From Escherichia phage UoN_LG358_1, in sequence record OK570374: DNA of 64,000 nt; one strand, given 5' to 3'. A program made the translations under genes and the position numbers. The first letter of the stretch is position 1. Every line of letters begins with the position of its first letter. Positions 8,790 through 19,088 of this stretch are shown piece after piece. The notes below the pieces were generated by a model. The model searched no databases. It saw only the letters and a program-made list of their open reading frames with translations, and was not told where the DNA came from.

Positions 8790-9920
8790 TTATTCGTATT
8801 CTTTTGGAATGAACGTTTTGTGGTTCTTCATGAACAGTTCATTGACCTTCTTGATAGTTGTATCATAGTCCATGTTGTCATTGAACATCAACATCAAAAT
8901 TGTAAACAAGAACGGTAAACGTTCAGCATCAGCCAGTCTCTTTGCCTCGCCTGCGTATGTTTTACGGTCTAAACCACGAAGTTTTTGATACGACGTAGAG
9001 ATAAACGACAATGAACGGCGCAGATAATCAAGATAAACTTCTTCGAACTTATTAATTTTCTTTAAAGAATAAGCATCGTTAGAAAAAAGTCCTTTGAGGT
9101 CATCAGAAGCGTTATTCACAATAACTTCAAATAGTCTATCATTTTTTGTGATAGAGTCCTTGGTGTGATGTAAAGCTGTGTACCAATCAGTCTTTAACTT
9201 AAATCGAAGACCATTGTCCATCACAAAAACATAACCTTCAATCCCTTCCATTGCTTTAATATCGGATACAAAATCTCCTTCCGGAATTTCATACGACTCT
9301 ACCAAATACTGACGAAGAACAGGGTCTTTAGCGATTTCGTTGTATGGAACATAAGCTCCAGTATCGTTTTCCCGGATATTCAAAAGAATAAGGTCTTTTT
9401 TCTGATAAGCGAGAACAATACGATTTTCAGGAGATACGTATTCAAAGTTAGCTGTAAAACCATCACGAGCTAGTTCAAGAAGTCTCCACAACAACGCTTC
9501 ATGAGTAATGCTAGTAAGCATAGCAGAAGACAAATAAGCTTGTTCAGATTTAAGCGAAGACTTTGATTTAAAGCGAAGAATATTGCCATCCAAATAGCTT
9601 GACACCAAAGAACCATCTTCTTTCTTCATCATATGAACCGCGTTAGAAAGATCGAGGTTCATTGTAAATGGAGTTTCATTTAAATTAAAGAATTTTTCCA
9701 TTGGTCTAGAAGCAATTCTTACTGGTACTCCGTCAATCATTTCAAACATAATGCCTCGACACTCTAAAGCATCTGGAAGCAACCAATCTGAATATGAAGC
9801 ATAGTTATAACTAAAAATTCTGTACTTTAGCCCAGACGGAGAAATATCATCACGATAAAAGAATCGTGATTCGTCCGTATCATTACATAAATTCATCAAA
9901 TTGTTGAATAGCTCTTTCAT
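8790..9920 (-). CDS. rnlA: RNA ligase 1
   Basis: 376 aa; MKELFNNLMNLC...YRIFSYNYASYSDWLLPDALECRGIMFEM...RPMEKFFNLNE matches recalled T4 Rnl1. Confidence 0.85.
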   Translation of the reverse strand: MKELFNNLMNLCNDTDESRFFYRDDISPSGLKYRIFSYNYASYSDWLLPDALECRGIMFEMIDGVPVRIASRPMEKFFNLNETPFTMNLDLSNAVHMMKKEDGSLVSSYLDGNILRFKSKSSLKSEQAYLSSAMLTSITHEALLWRLLELARDGFTANFEYVSPENRIVLAYQKKDLILLNIRENDTGAYVPYNEIAKDPVLRQYLVESYEIPEGDFVSDIKAMEGIEGYVFVMDNGLRFKLKTDWYTALHHTKDSITKNDRLFEVIVNNASDDLKGLFSNDAYSLKKINKFEEVYLDYLRRSLSFISTSYQKLRGLDRKTYAGEAKRLADAERLPFLFTILMLMFNDNMDYDTTIKKVNELFMKNHKTFIPKEYE

Positions 9921-10330
9921 GGTTTAGCCTTGTGTTGAGTGTTCCATGGAGGATTAAATCTTTTAATAAACATAGGTTCTTCAAGAGACATCGTCTCTAC
10001 CGACATTGTACCAAGCTCATTGGTCATGCTCAAGTTAAAGCATTGACGAGCCCAGAATTCAACTTTTTTACCTTCCATTAAAGCTTCTAAAATCTTTGCT
10101 GATTTTACGGAATCTGAAGTCTGGTCTTTTCTGTTTATAGCAGTACGATAATAATTTATACGCTTACGAAGATTTTTTGTTTTTCCAATATAAACAAGTT
10201 CATCATCAACAGCAATTGCATAAACTACATTCTTCTTATTGGGAACCTCTATAGTTTTAATAGAGGCATCTTCTAGTAATTCAAGCTCAGCGTATTTTAT
10301 AAATGAAAATTCATTAGCAATATCTTTCAT
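9917..10330 (-). CDS. denA: endonuclease II (GIY-YIG family)
   Basis: VYAIAVDDELVYIGKTKNLRKRINYYRTAINRKD...VEFWARQCFNLSMTNELGT matches recalled T4 EndoII; start moved to the internal Met because the track's N-terminal extension runs through the nrdB terminator hairpin. Confidence 0.8.
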   Translation of the reverse strand: MKDIANEFSFIKYAELELLEDASIKTIEVPNKKNVVYAIAVDDELVYIGKTKNLRKRINYYRTAINRKDQTSDSVKSAKILEALMEGKKVEFWARQCFNLSMTNELGTMSVETMSLEEPMFIKRFNPPWNTQHKAKP

Positions 10331-10333
10331 ATT

Positions 10334-10352
10334 AAAAAAGGGGCCGAAGCCC
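10334..10352 (-). terminator. intrinsic terminator-like hairpin (GGGC-UUCG-GCCC + U-run)
   Basis: hairpin with U-tract in - strand sense in the 28-nt nrdB-denA spacer. Confidence 0.5.
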
Positions 10353-10358
10353 TTTACC

Positions 10359-11537
10359 TTAGAAATATTTTTTGAAACCAATAATTACATTGTCGTCAAC
10401 GTCGCTGTCGATTTGAGCTACTAAGTAACTTGAAATTTCAACTTCCTGTGGAGCAGATTGTACCGCATCTGAGTTTAAGTATTCACGAATCCATGGAATT
10501 GGATGACGAGTAGGAGCATCGACTATTGGACATGGAAGACCACAACTACGCATACGAGAAACTGTCAAATAGTCAACAAAATCATGCAGAATTTTTACAT
10601 TCAGACCTGGCAACCCGCCATCTTTGAACAAGTGAATAGCCCATTCTTTTTCTTGACGGTTGATTTCCATAAAAATATCAACCGCTTCTTGTTCGCATTC
10701 ACGAGTAATCTGAACCCATTCGTCCCCATCTGCGCCTTGTTGAAGCTGACGAATAATATATTGAGTACCCTTAAGATGCAACTGTTCATCACGAGCGATG
10801 AACTTCATAATCTTGGAGTTGCCTTCCATTATTTCCATATTCTTATGGAAGTTAAAGGTACAAGCAAAACTCACATAAAAACGAATTGCTTCAAGACCAT
10901 TGATGACATGCAAACACAAATAAAGCGCTTTCATTAAGTCATGCTTGCATTGGTCTACGTAATCTTTAGCAGCTTGAACGAATTCTTCGTCATGGTCAGT
11001 GCCTTCATAAAACTCTAAATCAGCTTTAGAATTTTCCCAGTAACGAGTTTTACGAATAACATCATCATAGTAACGGCCAATTGATTCAGCTCGAGCCATA
11101 ATAGCATCATCTAAAACAATTTCATCAAAAATTTTGGCCGGGTCCGCAAACAGGTTACGCATAATATGCGTGTAAGAACGAGAGTGAATCGTTTCAGAGA
11201 AAGTCCAAGTCTGGTTCCAAGTATCTAATGACGGGTCAGAAATCAAAGCAGAAAGAACTGCAGCAGGTGCCCGTCCTTGAATACTGTCTAAAAGAGACTG
11301 ATATTTCAAGTTGTTAATAAAAATATTTTTTTGATGCTCTGGGAGTTTATCAAATTGAGCTCTGTCAGTCATCAAGTTAACTTCTTCTGGGCGCCAGAAA
11401 AATGAGAGCTGCTTTTCAATCAGTTCTTCAAATGTACGGTGACGCTGAATATCATACCGTGCTAAACCAAGACCGCTTCCGAAGAACATCGGTTCATTCA
11501 AAACATTAACTGGTTGTGTATTAAAAACTGTACTCAT
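10359..11537 (-). CDS. nrdB: ribonucleotide reductase small subunit, intronless
   Basis: 392 aa continuous ORF; R2 family features; synteny. Confidence 0.9.
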   Translation of the reverse strand: MSTVFNTQPVNVLNEPMFFGSGLGLARYDIQRHRTFEELIEKQLSFFWRPEEVNLMTDRAQFDKLPEHQKNIFINNLKYQSLLDSIQGRAPAAVLSALISDPSLDTWNQTWTFSETIHSRSYTHIMRNLFADPAKIFDEIVLDDAIMARAESIGRYYDDVIRKTRYWENSKADLEFYEGTDHDEEFVQAAKDYVDQCKHDLMKALYLCLHVINGLEAIRFYVSFACTFNFHKNMEIMEGNSKIMKFIARDEQLHLKGTQYIIRQLQQGADGDEWVQITRECEQEAVDIFMEINRQEKEWAIHLFKDGGLPGLNVKILHDFVDYLTVSRMRSCGLPCPIVDAPTRHPIPWIREYLNSDAVQSAPQEVEISSYLVAQIDSDVDDNVIIGFKKYF

Positions 11538-12262
11538 TTATTCACCTTTGCTCTTCCTCTTATCCATCCTTCAGGAATAGTTTCAGAGGATTCAATTAAT
11601 TTATTCTTAAACCCGTCGTTTATACAAATTTTACCACGGGCTCCTTTATAATTTCGTGGTTTTATTTTATCAAAATTAGGAGTAAGCGAATACGACCATC
11701 TGAATCCGTAAGCATACTGGAAATGGCCTTCAGCGCAATATTTGATATTAGAACCGTTCCCATTAACTGATTTAGCAGCTTCGGATATAGAAGGAAATGT
11801 CTCTATGAAATTACCGTCTAAATCAAATTTGTGTATAGTTACAGAAACTTCTTCTGCCCTTTTAATTAATGGTAATTTAATCTTTTCTAAAGAATCTTTA
11901 GAGTGCTTTTTGCCAAGCATTCCCTTGGGGTGTGGGTTATTAGCTAAATATTCTTTCATATATTTAGAGGATTCTTCGGAAAATCTCTCTCGGTGCCAAG
12001 CATATAATCTATTATTAATTCTATTTCCGGATTTATCGGTGCACATTAAAGTGATAGCACATAATAAACCGTATGTTTTATGAATTTTATAAAGCAACTG
12101 ATGCGCAATAAAGTGTTCTCTTGCGCTCAATGCCACTAAGTTATCTTTATCATCTGAACCACCCATGCATCGGGGAATGATGTGGTGATTTTCGGTATAG
12201 CCGATGAAAGGAGAGGCTTTTCGCCTCTCCATTAAGCTATCATATATTCTTTGATAGTTCAT
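11534..12262 (-). mobile_element. free-standing HNH homing endonuclease (mobE-like) between nrdA and nrdB
   Basis: 242 aa; HNH motif HHIIPRCMGGSDDKDNLVALSAREHFIAH; start overlaps nrdA stop (TAATG); paralogous to ORFs at 43627 and 55322. Confidence 0.8.
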
Positions 12263-14517
12263 TATAATTTACAAGCTGCACAGTCATCTGCTTTTGGTTG
12301 CTCAACTTCATAGTCATCTGTGCCAGAACCATCTCTAGTGTTATGATAATAGAGACTTTTTCCGCCAAAATACCAGAAGTAAAGTAGGTCATCAAGCATC
12401 ACGCTCATTGGTACTTTACCCTTTTCATAATTCTGAGGGTCATAGTAAGTATTAGCGGAAGCGCTTTGACACAAGAACTTGGTCATGATAGCAACTTGAG
12501 TTAGGTAAGGTTTGTTACCCTGTTTAGCCAATTTCCACGCATAATCATAAAGGTCTATGTTGTGCTCAATATTGGGCACGACTTGATTAAAGGAACCCTC
12601 TTTTGACTCTTTAACAGAGACTGGTCCACGCGGAGGTTCGATACCGTTTGTACTATTTGATACTTGGCTGCTTGACTCGCATGGCATGAGTGCAGATAAG
12701 GTGCTATTACGGATGCCGTAGTTAACCAAGTCTTTCCGCAGGCTCTCCCAGTCACACACATAATTGGGCGCTGCGATTTGGTCAATCTTTTTATTGTACC
12801 AGTCGATAGGTAATTCGCCTCTAGACCAACGAGTTTCTGAATAATATTCGCAAGGTCCTTTTTCTTTGGCGAGTTTAATTGAGGCTTTAATAAGTGCATA
12901 TTGTAATCTCTCAAATAATTCATGAGTTAAATCATTTGCGTCGGCATATGATGCAAAATTATCAGCCAACCAAGCAGCGTAGTTTGTAACACCTACACCT
13001 AATGCCCGCCGCTTCTTAGCTTTCAATGCTTCTTTTACAGGATAACCTTGATAGTCCAATAAATTATCTAAAGCACGAACTTGAACTTCTGCAAGTTCTT
13101 CAATCTTGTCTTGGTCCTGCCAGTCAAAATTACCCAACACAAATGCAGCTAATGTGCACAACGCAATTTCAGGGTCATCACTACCAACGTCTTTGGTCGG
13201 TAAAGCAATTTCTAAACAAAGATTACTCTGTTTAATTGGCGATGTTTCACGAATGAACGGAGTATAACGGTTCATATTATCAGTGAACGCTGGATACACT
13301 CGAGCCGTGCCAGAACGTTCTGTCATGAACAATTCAAACAATTCAAGAGCTTTGATGCGTTTCTTGCGAATAATTGGATTTTTTTCTAGTTCTTCATACA
13401 ATTCACGGAATTTATCTTCATCCCGGAAATAAGAATCGAACAATTCGCCATTAGCCACATCTGGACTGAACAGTGTGATGTACCCATTTTTACCGAGACG
13501 TTCCATCATCAAATCATTGATTTGCAGACCATAGTCTAGATGACGAATACGGTTTTCATCTACGCCTTTGTTGTTCTTTAATACCAACAGGTTTTCAACC
13601 TCAAGATGCCACATTGGATAATAAAGAGTAGCTGCACCACCACGTACACCGCCTTGAGAACAAGATTTTACTGCAGTCTGAAAATGTTTCCAGAAAGGAA
13701 TTACGCCAGTATGTTTTACTTCGCCATTACCAATTTTTGAGCCTTCAGCTCGAATCATACCGGCGTTGATGCCGATACCAGCTCGCTTGCTGATATACTT
13801 AATAATACTGTTACTTGCCGCATTAATAGAATTCAGTGAATCGCCAGCTTCAATAACTACACAAGAACTAAACTGACGAGTAGGAGTACGAGCCCCTGCC
13901 ATAATCGGTGTAGGCAATGAAATCTGTCGAGTAGATACAGCGTCATAAAAGCGAATAATATGAGCCAGACGATTTTCTGGTTCTTCTTGGTGTAGTGCCA
14001 TACCAATTAGCATGAATGCAAATTGAGGTGTCTCGTAAATTTTACCAGTTGAACGGTCTTTAACCAGATATTTTTCTTTGAGCTGCATCGCCCCAGCGTA
14101 AGTTAAATCAAAATCACGTTCGTGTTTGATTTTTGATTCCAAGAAAGTGATTTCTTCAGCTGAATACTTGGAGAGTAATTCTGAATCATATTTACCCTCA
14201 TTAACACAATAAGAAATGTGGTCAATAAAAGACGGCGGTTCGAATTGCCCGTACACTTCTTTGCGTAATGCGAACATAGCCAGGTTAGAAGCAACATATT
14301 GATAATCCGGTTCTTCTTTTGAAATGGAGTTTGCAGCTACTTTAATAGCAGCTTGTTGAATATCCTTAGTGCTGATTCCATCTTGGATATGGCTTTTAAT
14401 ACGCTCATATAATTCATATGGGTCAATTGAAGTACCTTCAGCGGCCCATACTAAAATCTTTTGAAGTTTGGATGGAATAAATTCCTGTTTAATTCCCGAT
14501 GATTTTACTACTTGCAT
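12262..14517 (-). CDS. nrdA: ribonucleotide reductase large subunit
   Basis: 751 aa; class Ia RNR alpha features including C-terminal CxxC tail; synteny. Confidence 0.95.
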   Translation of the reverse strand: MQVVKSSGIKQEFIPSKLQKILVWAAEGTSIDPYELYERIKSHIQDGISTKDIQQAAIKVAANSISKEEPDYQYVASNLAMFALRKEVYGQFEPPSFIDHISYCVNEGKYDSELLSKYSAEEITFLESKIKHERDFDLTYAGAMQLKEKYLVKDRSTGKIYETPQFAFMLIGMALHQEEPENRLAHIIRFYDAVSTRQISLPTPIMAGARTPTRQFSSCVVIEAGDSLNSINAASNSIIKYISKRAGIGINAGMIRAEGSKIGNGEVKHTGVIPFWKHFQTAVKSCSQGGVRGGAATLYYPMWHLEVENLLVLKNNKGVDENRIRHLDYGLQINDLMMERLGKNGYITLFSPDVANGELFDSYFRDEDKFRELYEELEKNPIIRKKRIKALELFELFMTERSGTARVYPAFTDNMNRYTPFIRETSPIKQSNLCLEIALPTKDVGSDDPEIALCTLAAFVLGNFDWQDQDKIEELAEVQVRALDNLLDYQGYPVKEALKAKKRRALGVGVTNYAAWLADNFASYADANDLTHELFERLQYALIKASIKLAKEKGPCEYYSETRWSRGELPIDWYNKKIDQIAAPNYVCDWESLRKDLVNYGIRNSTLSALMPCESSSQVSNSTNGIEPPRGPVSVKESKEGSFNQVVPNIEHNIDLYDYAWKLAKQGNKPYLTQVAIMTKFLCQSASANTYYDPQNYEKGKVPMSVMLDDLLYFWYFGGKSLYYHNTRDGSGTDDYEVEQPKADDCAACKL

Positions 14518-14585
14518 TTTATATCCTTAGTTATCAGATAATTTATTTTATCATCAAAGACTTTTAGCTTATCGTTTCCTCAAAG

Positions 14586-14611
14586 ACTAAAATGGCAGCC
14601 CGAAGGCTGCC
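14586..14611 (-). terminator. intrinsic terminator (GGCAGCC-UUCG-GGCUGCC + U-rich)
   Basis: hairpin followed by U-rich tract in - strand sense, upstream of nrdA. Confidence 0.5.
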
Positions 14612-14631
14612 TGTAGTGTTATATTTATTAT

Positions 14632-14820
14632 TTAAGCTTCTATTAATACAACAACTTTAACTGGACTTCTGTTCATATCAATACTCAGAAATATTGATTG
14701 GATAATATAAAAATATCCATTAATCATTATTTGACCGCCTTCTTTCAATTCGCGACCAATATCACTTTCAGTTTCGGCAAATACTTTATCACCATGCTCT
14801 GATGTAAATTTAATAAGCAT
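14632..14820 (-). CDS. hypothetical protein (62 aa)
   Basis: ORF between td exon 2 and nrdA. Confidence 0.35.
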   Translation of the reverse strand: MLIKFTSEHGDKVFAETESDIGRELKEGGQIMINGYFYIIQSIFLSIDMNRSPVKVVVLIEA

Positions 14821-14903
14821 AATATTCCTCTATAGAAACAGATTCAACGAAATAATTATAATAAGAAAAATGATAAGCGCAATAGTTAGTTTGTTCATAG
14901 CAG

Positions 14904-15215
14904 TCATACGGCCATTTTTCCTTTAATTACTGGGTGGCTTTCATAGTTTTTAAGAATAAAGTCGTTTATCTTCATATGAGTACAAACCCAATATAACTGC
15001 ATTTCAGTATCCCAATCTTCAAAACTATCTGGAAAATTAATTTCCAGTTCGCATAACTCTTTTGGCTCTCTGCAAAGAATTTCTTTACACTGTTCTGTAT
15101 GGTTCAAATATATGTGGGTATTGCCGCCAGTAAATACTAGATGCCCTGGTTTTAACCCAGTCATTTTAGCTATGATATGAATTAAAGCTCCGTAAGACGC
15201 GATATTAAATGGTAG
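14904..15215 (-). CDS. td: thymidylate synthase, exon 2
   Basis: exon begins CUACCAUUUAAUAUCGCG (LPFNIASYG) immediately after the intron-terminal G; C-terminal TS sequence. Confidence 0.85.
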   Translation of the reverse strand, partial: LPFNIASYGALIHIIAKMTGLKPGHLVFTGGNTHIYLNHTEQCKEILCREPKELCELEINFPDSFEDWDTEMQLYWVCTHMKINDFILKNYESHPVIKGKMAV

Positions 15216-16227
15216 CATTGTGTTCAGCTGAGGACGTTAATCTCAGCCCGGAATTTATCCAGCTGCATGTCACCATGCAGAGCAGACTATATCTTCATCT
15301 CAATGAGATGTCTATCGTTTCGAGCCACTTGGCCCTACTCCCTAAAGGGATAGTCGTTCGGCATTTAGCAATAAAACCAGTTCCATTTATCAGATTTTAC
15401 ACGGTATGTAACTAAGCCTGAAGAAATCTCAAAATGTCTAGCAGCATCTGCGGCGCATTCAAAAATAATACCATCACATGAAATTTTCTTAATATTAGAT
15501 GGCTTTCTGCCCTTTGCCTTGTTAGACAATATTTCTCGTGTTTCTTTTGAATGTTCTTTACCGAAGAACGGATTACTTTGTCCTGAACGGTCTCTACAAT
15601 TTGAACAAGTTTTAAATGCTGGGCTTATTCTTTTCCCGCACTTGCAAAACTTATGTTTTTCTGGGTTCCACCGTCCATTTAATTCACCTGGTTTACCATA
15701 AATTACTTTACGTCCATCAATACCAAGTTTTTCCATCTTAGCTTTAACAGTAGCAGCTCGCTTTTTTATAATTTCTTTCTTTAATGGATAATTAGTAAAA
15801 ACATCTCCAAAAGAAGCATCTGCGATGTTATAACCATTTTGTTTTGAATTTAGTGTTTTAATCCAGAAATTTTCTCGTTCAATAATTATATCTTTTTCGT
15901 ATGGAACTTCTTCCAATACAGAACATTCAAATACATTACCATGTTTATTATAAGACCGTTGGAGTTTTATAGAATGATGTGCATTATTAGATAAATCGGA
16001 AAAATGACGTTTCCATCTTTTATCAAAATCCTTTGCACTTCCAACATAAATCTTATTGTTTAAAACATTTTTAATTTGATAAATTCCACTTTTCATAAAC
16101 ACCTCTAAATTATAGAAGTATTTATTAAAGGGCGGTCCTACACATTTAGCACGGGATTGTCTACGAGAGAGGTTCCCCGTTTAGATAGATTACAAGTATA
16201 AGTCACCTTATACCCAGGCCTAAATTA
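15216..16227 (-). mobile_element. group I self-splicing intron in td
   Basis: interrupts TS coding sequence; intron 5' end reads UAAUUUAGGCCUGGGUAUAAGGUGACUUAUACUUGUAAUCUAUCUAAACGGGGAACCUCUC, near-identical to the T4 td intron start as recalled; exon 1 ends ...CUUGGGU. Confidence 0.85.
15365..16102 (-). CDS. intron-encoded GIY-YIG homing endonuclease I-TevI
   Basis: 245 aa; N-terminal GIY-YIG (SGIYQIKN...KIYVGSA), C-terminal ...KISCDGIIFECAADAARHFEISSGLVTYRVKSDKWNWFY as in I-TevI. Confidence 0.9.
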   Translation of the reverse strand: MFMKSGIYQIKNVLNNKIYVGSAKDFDKRWKRHFSDLSNNAHHSIKLQRSYNKHGNVFECSVLEEVPYEKDIIIERENFWIKTLNSKQNGYNIADASFGDVFTNYPLKKEIIKKRAATVKAKMEKLGIDGRKVIYGKPGELNGRWNPEKHKFCKCGKRISPAFKTCSNCRDRSGQSNPFFGKEHSKETREILSNKAKGRKPSNIKKISCDGIIFECAADAARHFEISSGLVTYRVKSDKWNWFYC

Positions 16228-16776
16228 ACCCAAGAAAACATCGACACTGCGTTGATACCACTGGAGGTCCAGAAACCCATTTCTTACGTTAAATTGATAT
16301 ACCATATGGCATGGTGGAAGCGCCATCTTAGAGAGCTCTAGAGGGTTCCAAGCTGTCACAATCTGCCTTCGGTCTGCCGGCATTTCTTTTATTCTATCAA
16401 TGACTAACTTCAATTGGTCCACGCCCATGAAATCACGCCATTGTTTACCATAAACCGGTCCTAGTTCACCGTCAGTATAACCCATCGAAACAGCTTGATT
16501 TTCATAATTATCATCCCAGACGGTTTTCCCTTCTGTTCGAGAACCATGTTGAATTTCGCGGAGGTCATCTACATTTGTTGAGCCAGATAAGAACCACAGC
16601 AATTCAGCAATGCACGATTTCCACGCGAGTTTCTTTGTTGTTACTGCGGGAAATCCTTCTTGTAAATCAAACCGAAGCTGAGTGCCAAATACAGCAATTG
16701 TTCCCGTGCCCGTACGATCATCAGTCTCATAGCCTTCGTCAAAAATGTGTTGAATTAGTTCTTGATATTGTTTCAT
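16228..16776 (-). CDS. td: thymidylate synthase, exon 1
   Basis: MKQYQELIQHIFDEGYETDDRTGTGT...LPPCHMVYQFNV (TS active-site region); in-frame UAA at intron start. Confidence 0.9.
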
Positions 16777-17123
16777 TGTTTTCCAACTTTAAAGAGAATT
16801 TCAGCGCCTTTCTTTTCAAAACGTCCTTGCATCCAAAGGAGACCATTTTCAACTTTCATATAACCAAGATTAATATAGTCCAACATTTGACGATTACTGA
16901 AAAACGCTTTAAATGTTCCATGGTTAGAACGTACATATATACCATTAGTGCACGCAGAGTGGATATTCTCCAACGGCGCCCTAACCTCATAAAACCCGTG
17001 AGGAATAGTAACATATTTCTCTGGATTTCGTTTAAACTGGTCAATCGTAGGGGCCATTCCATCGATAACCAAAGCCCAGTTCTTTTGCTTCTCTTCAACA
17101 ATTAAATCTAATTTAGCAGTCAT
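16773..17123 (-). CDS. hypothetical protein (116 aa)
   Basis: ORF between frd and td, 4-nt overlap with td start. Confidence 0.45.
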   Translation of the reverse strand: MTAKLDLIVEEKQKNWALVIDGMAPTIDQFKRNPEKYVTIPHGFYEVRAPLENIHSACTNGIYVRSNHGTFKAFFSNRQMLDYINLGYMKVENGLLWMQGRFEKKGAEILFKVGKQ

Positions 17124-17135
17124 ATTATTTCCAGT

Positions 17136-17729
17136 TTAAATTTTTACATAAACATCTTCTGAAATATTAGTAAGTTCGTCAATATTATACCAATGAGTCT
17201 CAACAAGTTCCATATCTTCACTGATATTCCATATAAAATCTGCTGAGAGTTTAATATCAGAATTTACACGGTGTTTTTTGCGAATAGTTGTGCATATAAT
17301 TTTATCTGCGTAAATTCTTGAATGCTCAATAATATGTGCGCCACCAATAACAGAATAATTGGCATCATCGCGTTGAATAAAACAATTATACCCAAAATCA
17401 TGCCCAGAAACTTGAACTTTATTACCTTCTAAAAATTGTTGAAACTGTGTTTCATTAATATAGAGCTCGGCAGTTTGTCCTGATTTAGTTTTTGCATAAG
17501 GACGAGAAAAATCTTGCACTACAATATGAGAACGTCCATGAAGTTTTCCTCTTAAGCTCATAAATGTTTTTGCACCCATAATAAGAACAGTATCTTTAGT
17601 TCTGGAAGCAAAATTTTGCATGTCTTGCTTGATATGTCCCCATGGAAGACCAGTGTTTAACCCAAACGCAAATTCATTTTTATTGTCGACAGTTTTAGTA
17701 GGGCAATACGCAAAAATTAACTGAATCAT
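17136..17729 (-). CDS. frd: dihydrofolate reductase
   Basis: 197 aa; DHFR-like N-terminus (IQLIFAYCPTK...GLPWGHIKQDMQNFASRTK); synteny. Confidence 0.8.
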   Translation of the reverse strand: MIQLIFAYCPTKTVDNKNEFAFGLNTGLPWGHIKQDMQNFASRTKDTVLIMGAKTFMSLRGKLHGRSHIVVQDFSRPYAKTKSGQTAELYINETQFQQFLEGNKVQVSGHDFGYNCFIQRDDANYSVIGGAHIIEHSRIYADKIICTTIRKKHRVNSDIKLSADFIWNISEDMELVETHWYNIDELTNISEDVYVKI

Positions 17730-17820
17730 TATCCTTGCCTCATTTTACAATTAGGACAAATTCCACCTGCGAACAAAAGTCCGCTGCCGCAATATTTACA
17801 CTCCCAGTCGGTTAAAATTT

Positions 17821-18030
17821 TCATCTTAAGTTCCTAATACGTTCACGGATGATATTCAAAAACTGCCGTGTCATTTCGATGTTAGCTTCTCGCCATAAGA
17901 AGTTACTATTCATATCATTATATTCCGCGGTCACATTGTCGTTAAGCTCACATAATGCACACAATTTGCCGTGTTTTACTGCATCAGAAATTGCTTTATC
18001 AAACTCTTCTTTTGACATTGTAATTTGCAT
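17821..18030 (-). CDS. hypothetical protein (69 aa)
   Basis: ORF in operon orientation. Confidence 0.4.
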   Translation of the reverse strand: MQITMSKEEFDKAISDAVKHGKLCALCELNDNVTAEYNDMNSNFLWREANIEMTRQFLNIIRERIRNLR

Positions 18031-18356
18031 TATTTGTTTGAACCCTTTTTAGAGGCTAAAACCATGGTACGAAGCATTCTAAGGCCTTTATCAACAGCTT
18101 CAGCAATTTCGCCCGCCACGTTCTCATTGAATAGACCGAGAGTTCCTGATTTGATATCTTCCATTAAAATGTAGTTTATGTCATTTTCAGTTAAAGAAAT
18201 TTCTGGACCATTTCCACACGAAAAATTAATCTTACAAAATACATTCTGTCCACGTTGTTCTTGGTAGCGAATATTAATGTGTGTCACACCAGGAACATGG
18301 TCAAACTGACAACGAACATTAACTTCAGGAGCAGCAGAACACCAGATATCAGCCAT
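18030..18356 (-). CDS. hypothetical protein (108 aa)
   Basis: ORF in operon orientation. Confidence 0.45.
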   Translation of the reverse strand: MADIWCSAAPEVNVRCQFDHVPGVTHINIRYQEQRGQNVFCKINFSCGNGPEISLTENDINYILMEDIKSGTLGLFNENVAGEIAEAVDKGLRMLRTMVLASKKGSNK

Positions 18357-18631
18357 TATAATTCTTCCTTAGCTTCTTTAAATGATTTTTTGAAATCTTC
18401 AACATATTCGATAGGAATCCAGAACCCAGAACCATAACCGTCTTCATAGCATGGGCACATATCGCAAAACTGTTGCCAATGAACAGTTTTACCTTCTACG
18501 GTGAAGGGAGCTTCCATTTCGCACAAAGACTCTTCAATAAGTTCAATCATCGCTGGATTTTTATCATAGATGCAGAAATTCCAAACACCTTTAACTGTGG
18601 AATCTTTAATGCTTTCACGCTGTAATTTCAT
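18356..18631 (-). CDS. hypothetical acidic Cys-rich early protein (91 aa)
   Basis: ORF with conserved promoter/leader cassette upstream. Confidence 0.5.
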   Translation of the reverse strand: MKLQRESIKDSTVKGVWNFCIYDKNPAMIELIEESLCEMEAPFTVEGKTVHWQQFCDMCPCYEDGYGSGFWIPIEYVEDFKKSFKEAKEEL

Positions 18632-18661
18632 TTTATTATCCTCATTTGTTTTGATAGGGTT

Positions 18662-18691
18662 ATAGTATCATAACCATAACCCGTTGTAAAC
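18662..18691 (-). promoter_or_regulatory. T4-type early promoter (GTTTAC-N18-TACTAT)
   Basis: - strand GTTTAC 18691..18686, TACTAT 18667..18662. Confidence 0.6.
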
Positions 18692-18693
18692 GG

Positions 18694-19074
18694 TCATTTG
18701 AAAATTTTTTGTAAAAGTTCAATGATTTCGTCTACGTTTTGTTTTGTAACAACACAATGAATTTTAGTTACACCGTCAGTATCTTTACATTCGTCGTCAA
18801 GAACTGGTTCTTCATATTCGCGAAAGCAATAGAACTCATTATCGTAAAGTTCAAAATAACAATCACCTAGACCATCGTCGCAAAAGCACTCACCATTAGC
18901 GCAGACAATTTCAGTTACAAAATATTGGTTGTCAAATAATTCTATAGATTTTACTTCAAACCAACCGCCATTTTCGTGGATAATATCTACCATCTCAGTA
19001 TTATTCAAAGGGCTTAAGCCAATAAAATCATTAATAAGCTCTGGGACTAGTTCGTATTTTTTGCCTATTTTCAT
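18694..19074 (-). CDS. hypothetical acidic Cys-rich protein (126 aa)
   Basis: ORF; CANGECFCDDGLGDCYFELYDNEFYCF. Confidence 0.45.
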   Translation of the reverse strand: MKIGKKYELVPELINDFIGLSPLNNTEMVDIIHENGGWFEVKSIELFDNQYFVTEIVCANGECFCDDGLGDCYFELYDNEFYCFREYEEPVLDDECKDTDGVTKIHCVVTKQNVDEIIELLQKIFK

Positions 19075-19088
19075 TTTGATTTCCTCAA

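Noticed and set aside
10331-10381. Longer denA ORF beginning MVSKNISKVKGFGPFFN
   Set aside because: The extension runs through the nrdB terminator hairpin; the recalled T4 EndoII N-terminus aligns from the internal Met
10359-11537. Group I intron in nrdB
   Set aside because: nrdB is a continuous 392-codon ORF; the adjacent HNH gene is free-standing
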